A stretch of DNA of 64,000 nucleotides, taken from assembly GCF_006345805.1 (NCBI RefSeq), contig NC_043004.1, positions 57,536,001-57,600,000 on the forward strand, given 5' to 3'. Both the position numbers and the translations under genes were made by a program. This document shows positions 27,293-40,237 of this stretch, in pieces; position 1 is the stretch's first letter; each line of letters starts with the position of its first letter. Below the pieces are notes generated by a model. That model saw only the letters and a list, made by a program, of their open reading frames with translations. It was not told the DNA's origin and did not search any database. This stretch comes from Octopus sinensis. Its lineage: Eukaryota.

Positions 27293-27576
27293 CATATCGA
27301 GCCCTTCTGGGTATTAGCGCGCGTCTACGATGAGTCTACGATTTAAAAAATAATTTACCATCATTTTTTTCCATTCTAATGCATTTTTTCGCTATTATAT
27401 AAGGGAAGTAACTCTCTAAAAATGTCTACGATGAGTCAACGATTAAAAAAAAAATTACCATAATTTTTTTTTCATTTTTAATGCATTTTTTTGCTATTTT
27501 TGGGCTATAACTCTCTAAAAATGCTTATATAGTTATTTCCCTTACAAACCCGAGCAACGCCGGGCGATACTGCTAG
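27293..27576 (+). mobile_element. Helitron 3'-terminal fragment with internal ~100-bp tandem duplication
   Basis: GC-rich hairpin cccgagc-aac-gccggg (27549-27564), then CTAG|T at 27573-27577; tandem units 27323-27423 and 27424-27522. Confidence 0.75.
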
Positions 27577-30500
27577 TTTATATATATAAACGAAATTAGA
27601 AAAGTATAAACTAAGAAGATAAGTTGCTCGATTTATTCTAATGATATGTGGTCTTGTGCCATATAAATCGGCTGAGAGGAGATTAAGAATCAGCAACGAG
27701 CCAGGTAGATTATAAGAACTTTTAACTAAGATGATGGTGCGGATACTTTCTCTATACATGAATTACACTTTCTGTAGCAACTGATAAATGTTCACCGAAT
27801 GTATTTCCTGGTAAGGAAGGACCATGTATTATTGAAATTTAAATTTAAATTTAGTGAAATGGTGCCACCCTATTGTGTTAAACATGTAATGCCTACTTCG
27901 TATAGAATTATTTGAAAGAAAAAGCATACATGCGTATTTACATATATACATAAGTAGTAACGTACATACTAAGATGCTTATGTGCATACATACATACATA
28001 AACACATACATACACACATGTACATACACACATACATACATACATACATACATACACACATACATACATACATACATACATACATACATACATACATACA
28101 TACATACATACATACATAAATTACGTATAGTAGTTGAACTCACTTGCCCAGGCAGATGTGAACATGTTAAAATCTAGTAGGAAAGAAAGCACTGACGACT
28201 GAAAAATAAATCTGCACTAACTTCATCTGGGCTTTAGTTTACAATTTCTACCAGTTGGTTTAGTGACTAATAGCATCAGCACAAATGCTCAGACGCTGCT
28301 TTGCATAAAACCGCAAAGAACACGCCAAATCAATGATTACAGCTGCAGACTATCAAACGTACTCTCAAAATATGTAAATCATTCAGGAAGATTCGCATGT
28401 AATAAGATCCATGCATATAACAACATCGATGCCTGCAACCGCATGTGCGGGTGCATACATAGATGTGTACATGCGAACATGCGCCCATGCGTATGTGTAC
28501 ATTTATACATATATACATATATGTGTGAATGTATACAGATACGTATATGCACACGTAGATGCAGATGGTTATATCCACACGTAGATGCACATGTAGATAC
28601 AGATGTTCGTACATAGAAGCCATTGTCCTGATATTGCCTAAATTAAAATGAAAGAACCATACTTCTAGGCCAGGAATCGACTTCTTCTTCGTTGATGGGC
28701 AGTTCAAAATATAACACCAAAAATACATACATACAGTATGTATGCATATAGGCATTCAACATACATACTTACATATACGCATACATTAGAAGCTGAATCT
28801 GTTTAAATTCCAACGAAGGAGCCTTTATCCTATGTGGGCGAGCGGCTTTCTTAGATTGTACAATACAATCTAACTATGTGCATATACACGCTCACATAAT
28901 CATACACAAATATGCACACACACATACAAATTTAAACTCCCTCACATATATTTGCGTACACTGAGCAAGTATGAATATATAAGCATAAATACAGAAACTA
29001 ATCTATTGCAATCATTAATTGCTGACTGGTACATTTATAATATATATCAAATATAGTAACTCTTTCGTTATATTGGCACAATACTGAGAAGTTGCTGTGA
29101 TACGCCTTTGTCATTTAATTGATTTCAGTACTTGACTTAAGGACTGAAAGTCAAATAAGAGTTGAACGAATGATGGAATTAAAATCCTAGCTAGAAGAAG
29201 GTTGCTATAGACTCTGCAAGTGTAAAGCCTCTGCCATTCTATCATTACTGTGAGTAGTTCATTCGATGAATATATATTGAATTAGAATTGCTTTAACAGA
29301 GGAACTGAAAGCTTATATAGTGTTGAATTTTCAAAGATACGTTAAAATCATTTGAAAAATAAAACATTAAAAATTTCTATATATTTAACGAGTTTCTAAT
29401 GCTATTAACTTTTAAACTACTTTGTGCCAAAAGACGAAGTCTTTTGATAAGTTTCGTTCAAAATTTTATTACACTCATAAATTCTGACATAAAAGTGAAT
29501 TAATGATGATATCGCTTGCAAAATATAAATTTAAACCCTATTGAATCAGCAGACATGCTGCAAAAAAACGTCTGTTGTATGACCTCCTTAAAATAACCCA
29601 CACCTCACCCCATTTGTAAAACATCAACAAAAGATTCCATAACAAAATTCAGCTCATACTAGTTGAAGCATTCTAGAAATATTTTAGTTGTAGAAACATT
29701 AAGAAAAAAGATTTAATGTAATTAAAAAAAATATTGCATTTGTTATTTATTTTGAAATACAAGTCTGTACAAAATATAAAGAAATATATTTTCTCTATCA
29801 TATATGGGTTATGAGCAGTGTTAAGCAAAGTGATGGCGTATCATAATTCAATACTTCTATCCCCGATTATCACGGTGGTTTGGTATTAAAATGTGACAAG
29901 CAAATCATTAATAAATGAATCATACACACATTTCGTTAATGAAACGAATGCGTGATTGATTTATTCCAAAGTTAAGGCCGACAATAAAGCAGCTTCTAAG
30001 AGAACATACTCGTCTGCGGTATTGTTAGGAGCATGCGCCATCCTATTCTTTTCCCTTCACCGGTTCCATATTAGTGGGTACGAGTTGTTAAATTCGTATG
30101 AAAATTACACACCCTCGCAGCTTGTGCAAGTGAACACAAGGGATAATCAGTGCAAATCTGGGCTGTTGAATTTGTGTATAGTCATTGGGGTGCATTTTTA
30201 CCGTGCAAAGAGAATCTTCGACTGTTCGTCGGCGCGAAACGAAATATGATCCACATTCTGGCCTACTGTGTTACCCAGAACATTGACGAACGAGATTACA
30301 GCTACCAGGATTTCAAAGAATAGCACTATTCATTTGTCGAATATTACAAACTGACTTCAATTTTTATAAAATTTGCTATTTCTATGAAATTACTATAAAA
30401 TATGATTAGGCATAGACTTATAGAATTATTGTTTATATTTAAAGTATATTTAACGATAAATACAATTCAGTAAAAATAATGAAAACATAAAAATATGCGC

Positions 30501-30998
30501 ATACTTCAATCTATTTGCGACACATGATTATATACACACACTCGCATATAAGTCTAATAGGTTAATAAAGCACACTTGCTTGTGTACCTGAGCGACATGC
30601 GCAATTAAGGCAAGAGTACAACTTTATCCACACACGTACATATACTTTCACACCAAACAGTTCAAATATCTACAACCTCGAATAGCTGACTTGTGTTCAA
30701 CAAAAGAATCTTCCAAAATACATTCATACATACACACACACAATACACACACGCACACGTATATATACATATATATATATGTATATATTATGTGAAATAG
30801 AAAGATGAATAATCTTGTTGTAGATTAATCAAAAGTTAACCGATACCTTAGTAGCAAAAATCACAGCAGTAAACAGCACGGTTGGAGGTACAACCATCTG
30901 GCGTTGCAACCGTGCGTTGGTGCGGATAATTGAAATTAAAACATTATTGGTGAATTGAAGAAATGGAGCTGAACGCAGATTGAACAGAAATCGTTTTA

Positions 30999-31086
30999 TT
31001 TCATTCTACACTGTTTCGAAAGGCACAAATTACCAAAATCCGATTGAATAATGGGACCATATTGTGTCTTTCTCTTCAGGAAGAAA
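30999..31086 (-). ncRNA. Type I hammerhead ribozyme motif (element 2, left arm; stem III loop AGT instead of ACGT)
   Basis: Reverse complement of the right-arm motif with one base missing from the palindromic loop. Confidence 0.65.
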
Positions 31087-31214
31087 AAAGGAAATCCGTT
31101 AGAGAAACAAAAACAAGAGGCGGAGCAAAAACCAAATCGAACTATGCTCCTAAGAGCCCATGGCGAAACTGTTCTGTTTTTGTTCTGTTTTTGTTTCTCT
31201 AACGGATTTCCTTT

Positions 31215-31302
31215 TTTCTTCCTGAAGAGAAAGACACAATATGGTCCCATTATTCAATCGGATTTGGTAATTTGTGCCTTTCGAAACACGTGTAGAATGA
31301 AA
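31215..31302 (+). ncRNA. Type I hammerhead ribozyme motif with fully canonical core (element 2, right arm)
   Basis: CTGAAGA 31222-31228; stem II GAAAGaCACAA/TTGTGcCTTTC (10 of 11 pairs, G10.1-C11.1); GAAA 31283-31286; C-ACGT-G; GUA site ending 31294; stem I 3+4 bp with one bulge. Confidence 0.8.
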
Positions 31303-31405
31303 TAAAACGATTTCTGTTCAATCTGCGTTCAGCTCCATTTCTTCAATTCACCAATAATGTTTTTATATATGTATATACATATATATATTGAGAGTGTATG
31401 TGTGC

Positions 31406-31479
<74 letters not shown>

Positions 31480-31519
31480 TCAATATGTGACCGCGTGTGT
31501 ATCCTGTATAGCAGGATAG

Positions 31520-31840
31520 GAAATAGGTATTTCGTCTGCCGCTACGTTCTGTGTTCAAATTCTGCAGAGGTAGACTTTGCCATTCATCCTTTCGGGGTCG
31601 ATTAAATAAGTACCAGTTACGCACTGGGTTCGATACATTCGACTTAATCCGTTTGTCTCTCCTTGTTTGTCCCCTCTATGTTTAGCTCCTTGTGGGCAGT
31701 AAAGAAATTGCTATTTCGTCTGTCTTTATGCACTGAGTTCAAATTCCGCCGAAGTCGACTTTACCTTACATCCTTTCGGGGTCGATAAATTAAGTACTAA
31801 TTCCCCCAAAATTTCGGACCTTGTGTTAAGAGTAGGAAAG
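31520..31840 (+). mobile_element. Two tandem 5'-truncated SINE family A units with different tails
   Basis: The core gttcaaatt...catcctttcggggtcga appears twice. The first unit ends in tgtcccctctatgtttagctccttgtgggcagtaaagaaa, the second in aaatttcggaccttgtgttaagagtag. Confidence 0.8.
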
Positions 31841-32906
31841 AATAACATTCGTATGAATATTGTTTTACGCTAAAACTGAATATATAAATAGGTCAAAGGC
31901 GTAATAAGGAATTTCGTATTCAAATATTGAATGGCAGCTATATTATATATAAATCCGATATTTTATCTTTATTTGAAGAAAGACAGCTTACTTACATAGC
32001 CAAATGAAACAAAACAACATTTCTAAAATCGTGTTTGCTATACACACGGGTTTTTTTTTATAAGACAGACAGAATTCTTATAAAGCCCTGTAACCACTGA
32101 GGAATAATAAATGTATAGGAAATAAGTTGTCACACGTCAAATTTGAGTTGACGAAGTGGATGGTGTATAATATATTTTACTAAATAACAACGCTATGGGA
32201 TGCTATTCAAACGATTTAATAATTACAGAAAAGTACATCGACTATTAATGACAATATTTTCATCATAAATTGGAAATTCCAAGCATCTGAGGTACTAAAC
32301 AACAATTGTAAGAATTCTTGTCTTTATACTTTTATTTTTCTCAGGCTATTTTTAGTATAAGCACTGGTAAATACGAACTAGTAAAAACTGTATGCATTTG
32401 GGTTTCAGTATTTTGCCTTGAGGAAGATACTTTTCTTCCTTAATATCTTCTATTTTCTGATAGAAAAATCTTCATAGAGAAGAGTACATCGTAATTCAAA
32501 GACTGACAATTTGTTAGGAAACGTGTATATTTAAGCTTTTAATAGAACAGATAACCAATAAAGTAAGGAAGCTAATGAACCGAGGTAACAGATGATGCCA
32601 TGAATGTCTATATGTGTTCAAATAGGCACTTGCATTGTATACACACAAACACACACATACACACACACACGTATATACATACGTGTGCGTTAATTGAATA
32701 GGAGAGTCAGTATTCACTTTAGTAACTCTTAAGCACTGATGATAGCAGAATTACACACCTACCATACGTAGTTGAGCTAAACACAGTTGGTTGCTGCTCA
32801 TTTTACTTTGATGTTATTGATCAAAAGATGCTATTGTAATTATCACTATCAAAATAACGTGTCCTAACAAGGAAAGAAAAAATGTAAACCAAAGTTGAAA
32901 ACTAAC

Positions 32907-32951
<45 letters not shown>

Positions 32952-33431
32952 GATAATAACAAAATACAAAGCGGGGAATACTTTTCTTTTGACGCAGCTT
33001 ATATTTCATCCGTCTGACAGTTAATGCTATCTTCTTTTTTGTCGAAATAGGAATACGACCGTATTCGATATCTCCTTCTCATTCTCTATATGCGTCTCTT
33101 TCTGTCTGTCTGTGTGTCTGACTTTCTCTCTCATACTCTAACTCATTCTCTCTCTTTCTGTCACACTATCACCCCTCTCTCTCTCTCTCTCTCTCTCTCG
33201 CATATATGTGTATGGATGTATGTGTGGATGTAGATATATATAATGTGAATTGAATTATATATACATACGTATGGGTATGTCCATATATTCGGATATCTAT
33301 CTATCTATCTATCTCTAACACTCTATCTGCATCTATATATGCATGTACATCTATTTATCTATCTTTCTATCCATCTATCTATCTATTTGTCTATCTATCA
33401 ATTTACCTATCTATCTATCAATCTATCTGTC

Positions 33432-33462
<31 letters not shown>

Positions 33463-33530
33463 ATAAATATATATAAATATGCATGCATAGATATATATAT
33501 CTACATAAATACATATATATATCTACATAA

Positions 33531-33585
<55 letters not shown>

Positions 33586-33829
33586 ATTTTGCCATAGACA
33601 GCATTTCTCGATGTAGACAAATAGGTGTCAGTACATCGAGTCAGTTCACAGTGACCCCTTATGCAGCAGCTGGATGCATGCATTTCGGAGTGATTACCTC
33701 CTCTTCAGCAGCAGAAACTAGAAATTCGTACACTGCGAAGTAAGACGAGAGACAGGTCCTTTATATGACATTCCCGTCATCGTTCAATGTCTGGTTGCAC
33801 TGTTCAGCGGTTCGCCGTAAATGAACTAA

Positions 33830-34232
33830 TTGTTGGCATCCTTTTTGTCTCGGGAGGCTATGGAGTTGCGCATAAAGTAGTCTAGTCCGGCTTTTATATT
33901 TAATGTCCTGATACATTTCCTGCTGTGGCTGTGTAATCCTATCCTGGACAAACACTCCCTCTGGCAGGTACTGCAAATGTAGCGAAGGCTGTTCCTGGCT
34001 GGTTGAAATGCCATAGTTTCTTGTTGACGTCTCTTCTTTTCTTTCCATCTCTCCTCTCTCTCTCTCTGTCACTCCTTTGTATTCCCTCTTTTACGGTACG
34101 TCGCCATTCTCCACGGTTGCCAGCAACTGCCTCCCAACCGCTAATATTGATGTTGCAGGCCTTCATGTCCCTTTTGCAAACATCCTTGTAACGTAAGATC
34201 GGTCCCTTTTGCAAACATCCTTGTAACGTAAG
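33830..34232 (-). mobile_element. 3' fragment of a second RTE-clade LINE with C-terminal C2H2-like zinc finger
   Basis: LRYKDVCKRDMKACNINISGWEAVAGNRGEWRRTVKEG, then frameshifted YICSTCQRECLSRIGLHSHSRKC; short 3' UTR ending cccgagacaaaaaggatgccaacaa. Confidence 0.9.
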
Positions 34233-36099
34233 CTCTTTGTATAACGGTCATTTTCGTAGCATTTTTCCGATGGCCGGATAACTGAAGAGATGGTAGCGTG
34301 GATTTCCATCTCGGCATCCGAAACTCGGAGATTTATCATGGCTACTGAATAATTGTCACATATTACATCTATAAATTCCTGTATTTACATAATATCGAGG
34401 TCACTTTCATTCTTTTGTTGTCTTAATATTTTTATCAATATATATATATATTATGTATATATATAGATATATATACTGTGTTTATATATCTATATATTTG
34501 TATGTGTGTGTATGAGTGTGCACATATGTGTTTGTGGTGAGTGTATGTGTGTGACTATCTCTGCGTGATGATGTGAAAGAGAGAGAAGGAAAGAGACCGC
34601 GAGACTGAGGCAGCGAGTGTGAGAGAATATTTTCATATGCATAGGAAGAATAATTATGTTTTTAAAAATTACATGTTGAATTTTTGTATACGCAAGCTGA
34701 GGCAATTACATTAAGAGAACAATAAAATTTCAATAGGATAAATAATTTTTTTAGCCAACATACGTGTTTCTGCGCGCGCGCGCGTGTGTGTGCGTGTGTG
34801 CGGGTCTATATGTATCTATATATGTATATCTATATATGTATATCTATCTATCTATATATATATATATATATCTATATATAGGGAGAATTTACGAAAAAAC
34901 AATATATATATAGGGAGAGTTTATGAAAAAACAATATATATATATAATATATACGTGTACCATAAAACCATATGCTATACGAACATAATTTGTATGAAAG
35001 TTAAATTAATACAGCTAATATATACCTACAAACTCTTACACACATACTCGCACACTCTCACACACATTCACATTCACACGCGCATACATTCACATATACA
35101 CATGTACATTCACGCATACTTATATACATAGGAAAATGGGATATATCTTTACATATATGAATGTATACATGCATGTAAATTTACATATACCTATATTCTC
35201 ATATATAAATATAAACACATATATACATTCTTGTAAATATGCACATGTATGAGTGTGTGTGTGTGCATATGGTTTCGTTTATACAAGCAAACTTCTGATT
35301 TTCTAAATTAATTACATCAATATGTTTACTTGGTTTCACGCACTCATTTCCGCAAACTCTCCTACTATTTATAGAAACTCATTAGTGCTTGTATACTAAA
35401 TTTTTACATACTTTCACATTGCTTACATAAAACCCATAGTTTTATGCACTCTTAAGTTGCTCTCTATTAACATTTACTGAGATAGAATTCTGTTACAGTT
35501 TCAAATAACGTTCATGCGTAAATCTGTCAGCTTGGCATGAGTAGACCATGTATAATTCTTTGCATGGATATGAATAATAAATTTACGCATACACTGATTT
35601 CCCCAAATGTGTGTGTCCCACGCATCTGCAGTTGTATATAAATATCATTAATATCTACCAAGGAAGGAATGCTGTAGATTACATTGAGGCCCTTGGTATT
35701 TGCAACGTGAATAAAAAGAACACCTGACTTGTTTGTGTAAAATGTAATCGTATATATCGAGATTAAAGTTGCATTTATATGACACATTCCTATCTTAATA
35801 TGTAAGAGTACACATACGTACAGCACGTACCGCAAATAATATTATTGGTTTCAGTTCTTAAATAATTTGATTGAAAAATCCCCTTCTGAATTCTGCAGCG
35901 AATTTTTTTTTACAATATGTTATAGAAGTATCTCAAACGTAGACAAACAGAAAATATGAAGGGAATAAAACGATGACAGCAATACACACACACACACACA
36001 CACAAATATATGTGTGTATGAATGTGTGTATAAATAAATATGTGTGTGTACACAGATGCATCCATACGTACATACATACACACATATATATATATAGTT

Positions 36100-36212
36100 T
36101 AAATTTACAGAAAAACAAAAGACGAAGACAGGTGTATAGAAAACAAACTGGTATATTAGTTTAATGCTCGGGAAGATGAGAAAATCTTTTATGTTTCGAG
36201 CCTATGCTCTGC
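36100..36212 (-). mobile_element. ~110-bp dispersed repeat, probable Penelope-like terminal fragment (copy 3)
   Basis: cagaaaaacaaaagacgaagacaggtg...gctcgggaag...tgtttcgagcctatgctct aligns with 9866 and 17265 copies. Confidence 0.55.
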
Positions 36213-36952
36213 GGAGGGAGAATAAAGAATCATTTGTAGTTAGCGGTGAATCATGGCGGCTGGCTGGACAGAGGTAGTTGTATAACCACATAGCCACAAC
36301 AGGACCTAATCACTTATGAAATTGTGCATTATCACAGCGAAATTAAACTTCTGCGTATATATAACATGTATGTATAGATATAACTGCCACAGAAAAACCG
36401 TTCAATAGCGGGCTTTTCATGAGAATATCAGAGGAACGTGGTGTTTAATAGCAAAACAACTGTGTATCCTTTACGAATAATAAAATAAAAATTGAAATAA
36501 TCATGGAGGTTGTGACATAAAAAACAGAGCCCAGATAAGAACCGTTTGGTTATCAATTGCGAGGAGTATTTTTTAAATATTCAACCATGCTAAAACGATT
36601 CATAATTGGTGTATATTGGATCAAAACTATTTATTGATTTCCAATAAGAATCAATAAATAGCGAAAGACCAGTATAGATCAGTTTAACTGAAAAGTAGAA
36701 TGTAAACAATTTTAAAATGATACACTTGAACCTGTTTCAAAAGAATAAATGTTTATTCCTATTTCGTAATCTTCTGATTGGTTCGCGAAAAGAATATGCA
36801 GACTATTGTAATAAGCTAGAACCGAGATTGCATGTTAAATACGAAAAGGTGTTTTAATATAATCCTGATATATTGATATTTTCTGAAGCTTATTTGCAAG
36901 GTTTTGTCAGTATTGTATACGACCCAAACTAAAAATATTTGTATACATATAG

Positions 36953-36989
<37 letters not shown>

Positions 36990-37640
36990 GAAAGAAAGAG
37001 TATTTATTGCAGAAAATATTTCAACTTTAGTTGCTTTCAAAAATAAAGAAAACGGCTTAACTCCATTTTCGACCTGTTGACTGGCTATTAAGTACCCCCT
37101 CTCTCTTTTTCTCTCTCTCCTCCTCTCTTTTCTCTCTCTCTCTTTCTCTCCCTCCCCCGAAAAAAGATATTCACATGCACTACGCATGCGCAAACAATCA
37201 CGAAGTATACATATGCACTCCAATATTTTACTATCTAGAGTTACGCTCTGTGGCAGGGAGCATCACAAATGCCCCTTATTGCAGGAGTATGCTATAACTC
37301 AGTGATTGGTTGTCCAGTATAGCCACATTTAATCCTGATGCAAAAGTTCTACTTAATATGTTTACAATTTGATGTATAAATCATATTTGATGAGTAACTT
37401 TCCGTGGGCTTTGAAAATTGTGGTTTGTTATTAGTAAAAAGTTTAAAACTCTAATGTATTATTGTTTATTTTGGGGAATTCATTCATCCATCTTCTCCGC
37501 CCACTATTCCTAGGAGAGTTGTGTGCTAGAATGTTCAGGCACTCCTCCGTCGGGTCCTATCACAATCAACTGTCATTACAGTTTCCTTCTGAATTCCCAA
37601 GCATGACCAACTTAAACTAAGGTTATTACTCAACCGTGGA

Positions 37641-37998
37641 GGCGCAATGTCCCAGTGGTTAGGGCAGCGGACTCGCGGTCGTAGGATCGCGGTTTCGATT
37701 CCCAGACCGGGCGTTGTGAGTGTTTATTGAGCGAAAACACCTAAAAGCCCCACGAGGCTCCGGCAGGGATGGTGGTGATCCCTGCTGTACTCTTTCACCA
37801 CAACTTTCTCTCACTCTTACTTCCTGTTTCTGTTGTACCTGTATTTCAAAGGTGTCAGGCTGAATATCCCCGAGAACTACGTTAAGTGTGCACGTGTCTG
37901 TGGAGTGCTCAGCCACTTACACGTTAATTTCACGAGCAGGCTGTTCCGTTGATCGGATTAACCGGAACCCTCGTCGTCGTAACCGACGGAGTGCTTCC
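37641..37998 (+). mobile_element. Full-length tRNA-derived SINE, family C head with a different 3' tail from the 2910 copy
   Basis: A-box TGTCCCAGTGG, B-box GGTTTCGATTCC; A-rich tail; imperfect TSD tactcaaccgt / tattcaaccat. Confidence 0.88.
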
Positions 37999-38467
37999 AA
38001 AAATAAAAAAAAAATATTCAACCATCTTATTCTTAGTCTCTACTCAGCTCTCTTACTGATTATTTCTTGCTAAATTCTAATCTCACGTTTTTAGTTCCCG
38101 AGTTGTGACCTCTCGAGTAGAAGCTTGACCTGGGGAAAATTATTGATCCCCGATCTATGTACCCAGTTGAATAATGTTACCATTGAGAAATCCCTCAAAG
38201 GAAAACTGATTTCTGCCGTTTTGTAATCGCGATCGTACTCTTTCAGCCATCACTCAACATCTACAACCATAGTGGAGAATAGGAACGAAACTAATGCCAG
38301 AGAGTTTGGCTCTTTTACAACCCTCACCTCTTACAGACAACAAATCAGATGAGCACATTCTAGCCATTATTCATTTCAGTCTTTGCACACATTTCCGGAA
38401 AGGCTTCGTCCTATTTTTTTCATCTAATTTTGGGGGGTTTGGGAGTCTTTGATTGTTTTAATTCACT

Positions 38468-38675
38468 CGCTGAAACGTTAGCACGTTGGGTGAAATTCTT
38501 AGCGGTATTTCGTCTGCCACTACGTTCTGAGTTCAAATTCTGCCGAGGTCGACTTTGCCTTTCATCCTTTCGAGGTCGATTAAATAAGTACCAGTTACGC
38601 ACTGGGGTCGACATAATCGACTCAATCCGTGTGTCTGTCCCCTCTGTGTTTAGCCATTTGTGGGCAGAAACAAAA
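38468..38675 (+). mobile_element. SINE family A copy
   Basis: gaaacgttagcacg...gagttcaaattctgccgaggtcgactttgcctttcatcctttcgaggtcgattaaataagtaccag...tgtcccctctgtgtttagcc tail. Confidence 0.9.
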
Positions 38676-38786
38676 TATATATAACTATTATATTTTTCAT
38701 GATTACGCTATTCTATATTTAGAATTCATTTGGTCCATGAAGGAAATTTATTGTATGGATTTTCATAAGTATATTTACAGCACGAT

Positions 38787-39077
38787 ATCATACATATGTA
38801 CGTGCGTGCGTGAGCGCATGTGCACGTATGTATGTACGGATGTATGTATATTACAAGGAAATTTATGCATGTGGTGGTATTTTTCACAGAATCATTATTT
38901 GAAAATTCCTTCGGTTATTTTTCAGTAAAATTATCATACATATCATCATACATATGTACGTGCGTGTGTATATGTATGTACGGATGTATGTATATTACAA
39001 GTAAAGTAATGTATGTGGTGGTATTTTTCACACAATCGTTATTTGAAAATTGCTTCGGTTATTTTTCAGTAAAATTA
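38787..39077. repeat. Local tandem duplication, units 38787-38933 and 38945-39077
   Basis: Both units run atcatacatatgtacgtgcg...gtacggatgtatgtatattacaag...cttcggttatttttcagtaaaatta. Confidence 0.9.
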
Positions 39078-39805
39078 AATTTCTATTTCAAAATAAAAAT
39101 CGATTCTGCTCACCTTGAAAATGTCAGTATCGCTGTCATACTTTCCTTTTAAGCACCTTTAGGAAAATATGTCATGCCACACTTCAAAATTAATTTGCTA
39201 GTTTGATAATAGGAATAGAAGTGATGATTTTCTCCAGAAACTGTCCTCGAGGCTATGTTGATTGGTACACGTTCTTCGAACAAATATGGCATTCACTATA
39301 TAATTATGATTATAAATAGTTGGGTTTTTTTATCACTTTTCATGTTCGGTAGTAAAAATTCATAATTTTATTTGAACTTTCGCTTATATTTTTAACTACT
39401 ACATATGCCGAGTAAATGTGAAACATCTGTTTTGTCGCTCGAATTGCACGTAAAATAGCACCAGATTTATTTTAATTAATGGCGTTATTTTCACGGTGTG
39501 ACTCGTCTTAGTTTTAAGCTTTCTCAGTAGGAGATGGCGTACGCCTAAAAACAACAGTAACTACTGCAAAATTTGTAAATTTATGTATAGAAATTTGACA
39601 GCACAAATTAAGGAAAAGCTTCGTTGTGATCAATATTTTGCTAACAGTAGCCACACACACCAACACCCCCACACAATGACACACTCACATGCAGATAGAT
39701 AAATAGATATAGATATGTGTGTGTGTGTATGTCTCTGCTCGTGTATCTCTATCTCTCTCTCTCTCTCTCCATATATAAATAATTGTAAACATACATGTAT
39801 TTAAT

Positions 39806-39980
39806 AGGTGCAGGAGTGGTTGTGATGTAGGAAACTTGCAGCCCAACTACATAGCTCCGGTTACAGTCCCACTGCAAGCCACCTAAGGGAAATGTCACCT
39901 ACTGTAGGCACCAGGCCTACCAAAGCTTTGAGAGTGGATTTTAGACGTAAATGTAAAGAAGCTTGTCGTATATGTGTGTG
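39806..39980 (+). mobile_element. SINE family B, 5' half only, degenerate
   Basis: ggtgcaggagtggttgtg...cagtcccactgc...ccaaagctttgagagtggattt...aaagaagcttgtcgtatat aligns with the head of the 43969-44358 copy. Confidence 0.8.
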
Positions 39981-39995
39981 TGTATATATATATTC

Positions 39996-40050
<55 letters not shown>

Positions 40051-40051
40051 A

Positions 40052-40237
40052 TAATATTAATTATTATATAGAAGGAGCTTCTACAGGACTAGAACTGTTT
40101 CATTCAAGAGAAGTTGAAGACTTCTCTTGAATGAGACAGTTCTAGTCCTGTAGAAGCTCCTTCTATATAATAAATTAATTTACTCTGCTATGTATTGGGT
40201 ACCTTATTACGGTGGTTAACCCGAATTAACCCGGGAC
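40052..40237. mobile_element. Fold-back element 3: 54-bp near-perfect hairpin 40061-40173 (5-nt loop) between (TA)n tracts
   Basis: Arms 40061-40114 / 40120-40173 with a single T/G mismatch. Only partial hammerhead-like words (tTGAAGA, GA(A/G)A-cagttcta). Confidence 0.8.

Larger units (their letters stand above)
30791..31363. mobile_element. Fold-back element 2: inverted arms 30938-31115 / 31186-31363, 70-bp spacer, TA-rich flanks; Penelope-terminus-like
   Basis: 178-bp arms identical except two compensating 1-nt indels. Each arm holds a hammerhead core. Confidence 0.9.

Noticed and set aside
29956-30330. Possible host exon in a mildly GC-elevated unique segment
   Set aside because: No convincing splice-site pair or protein motif on either strand.
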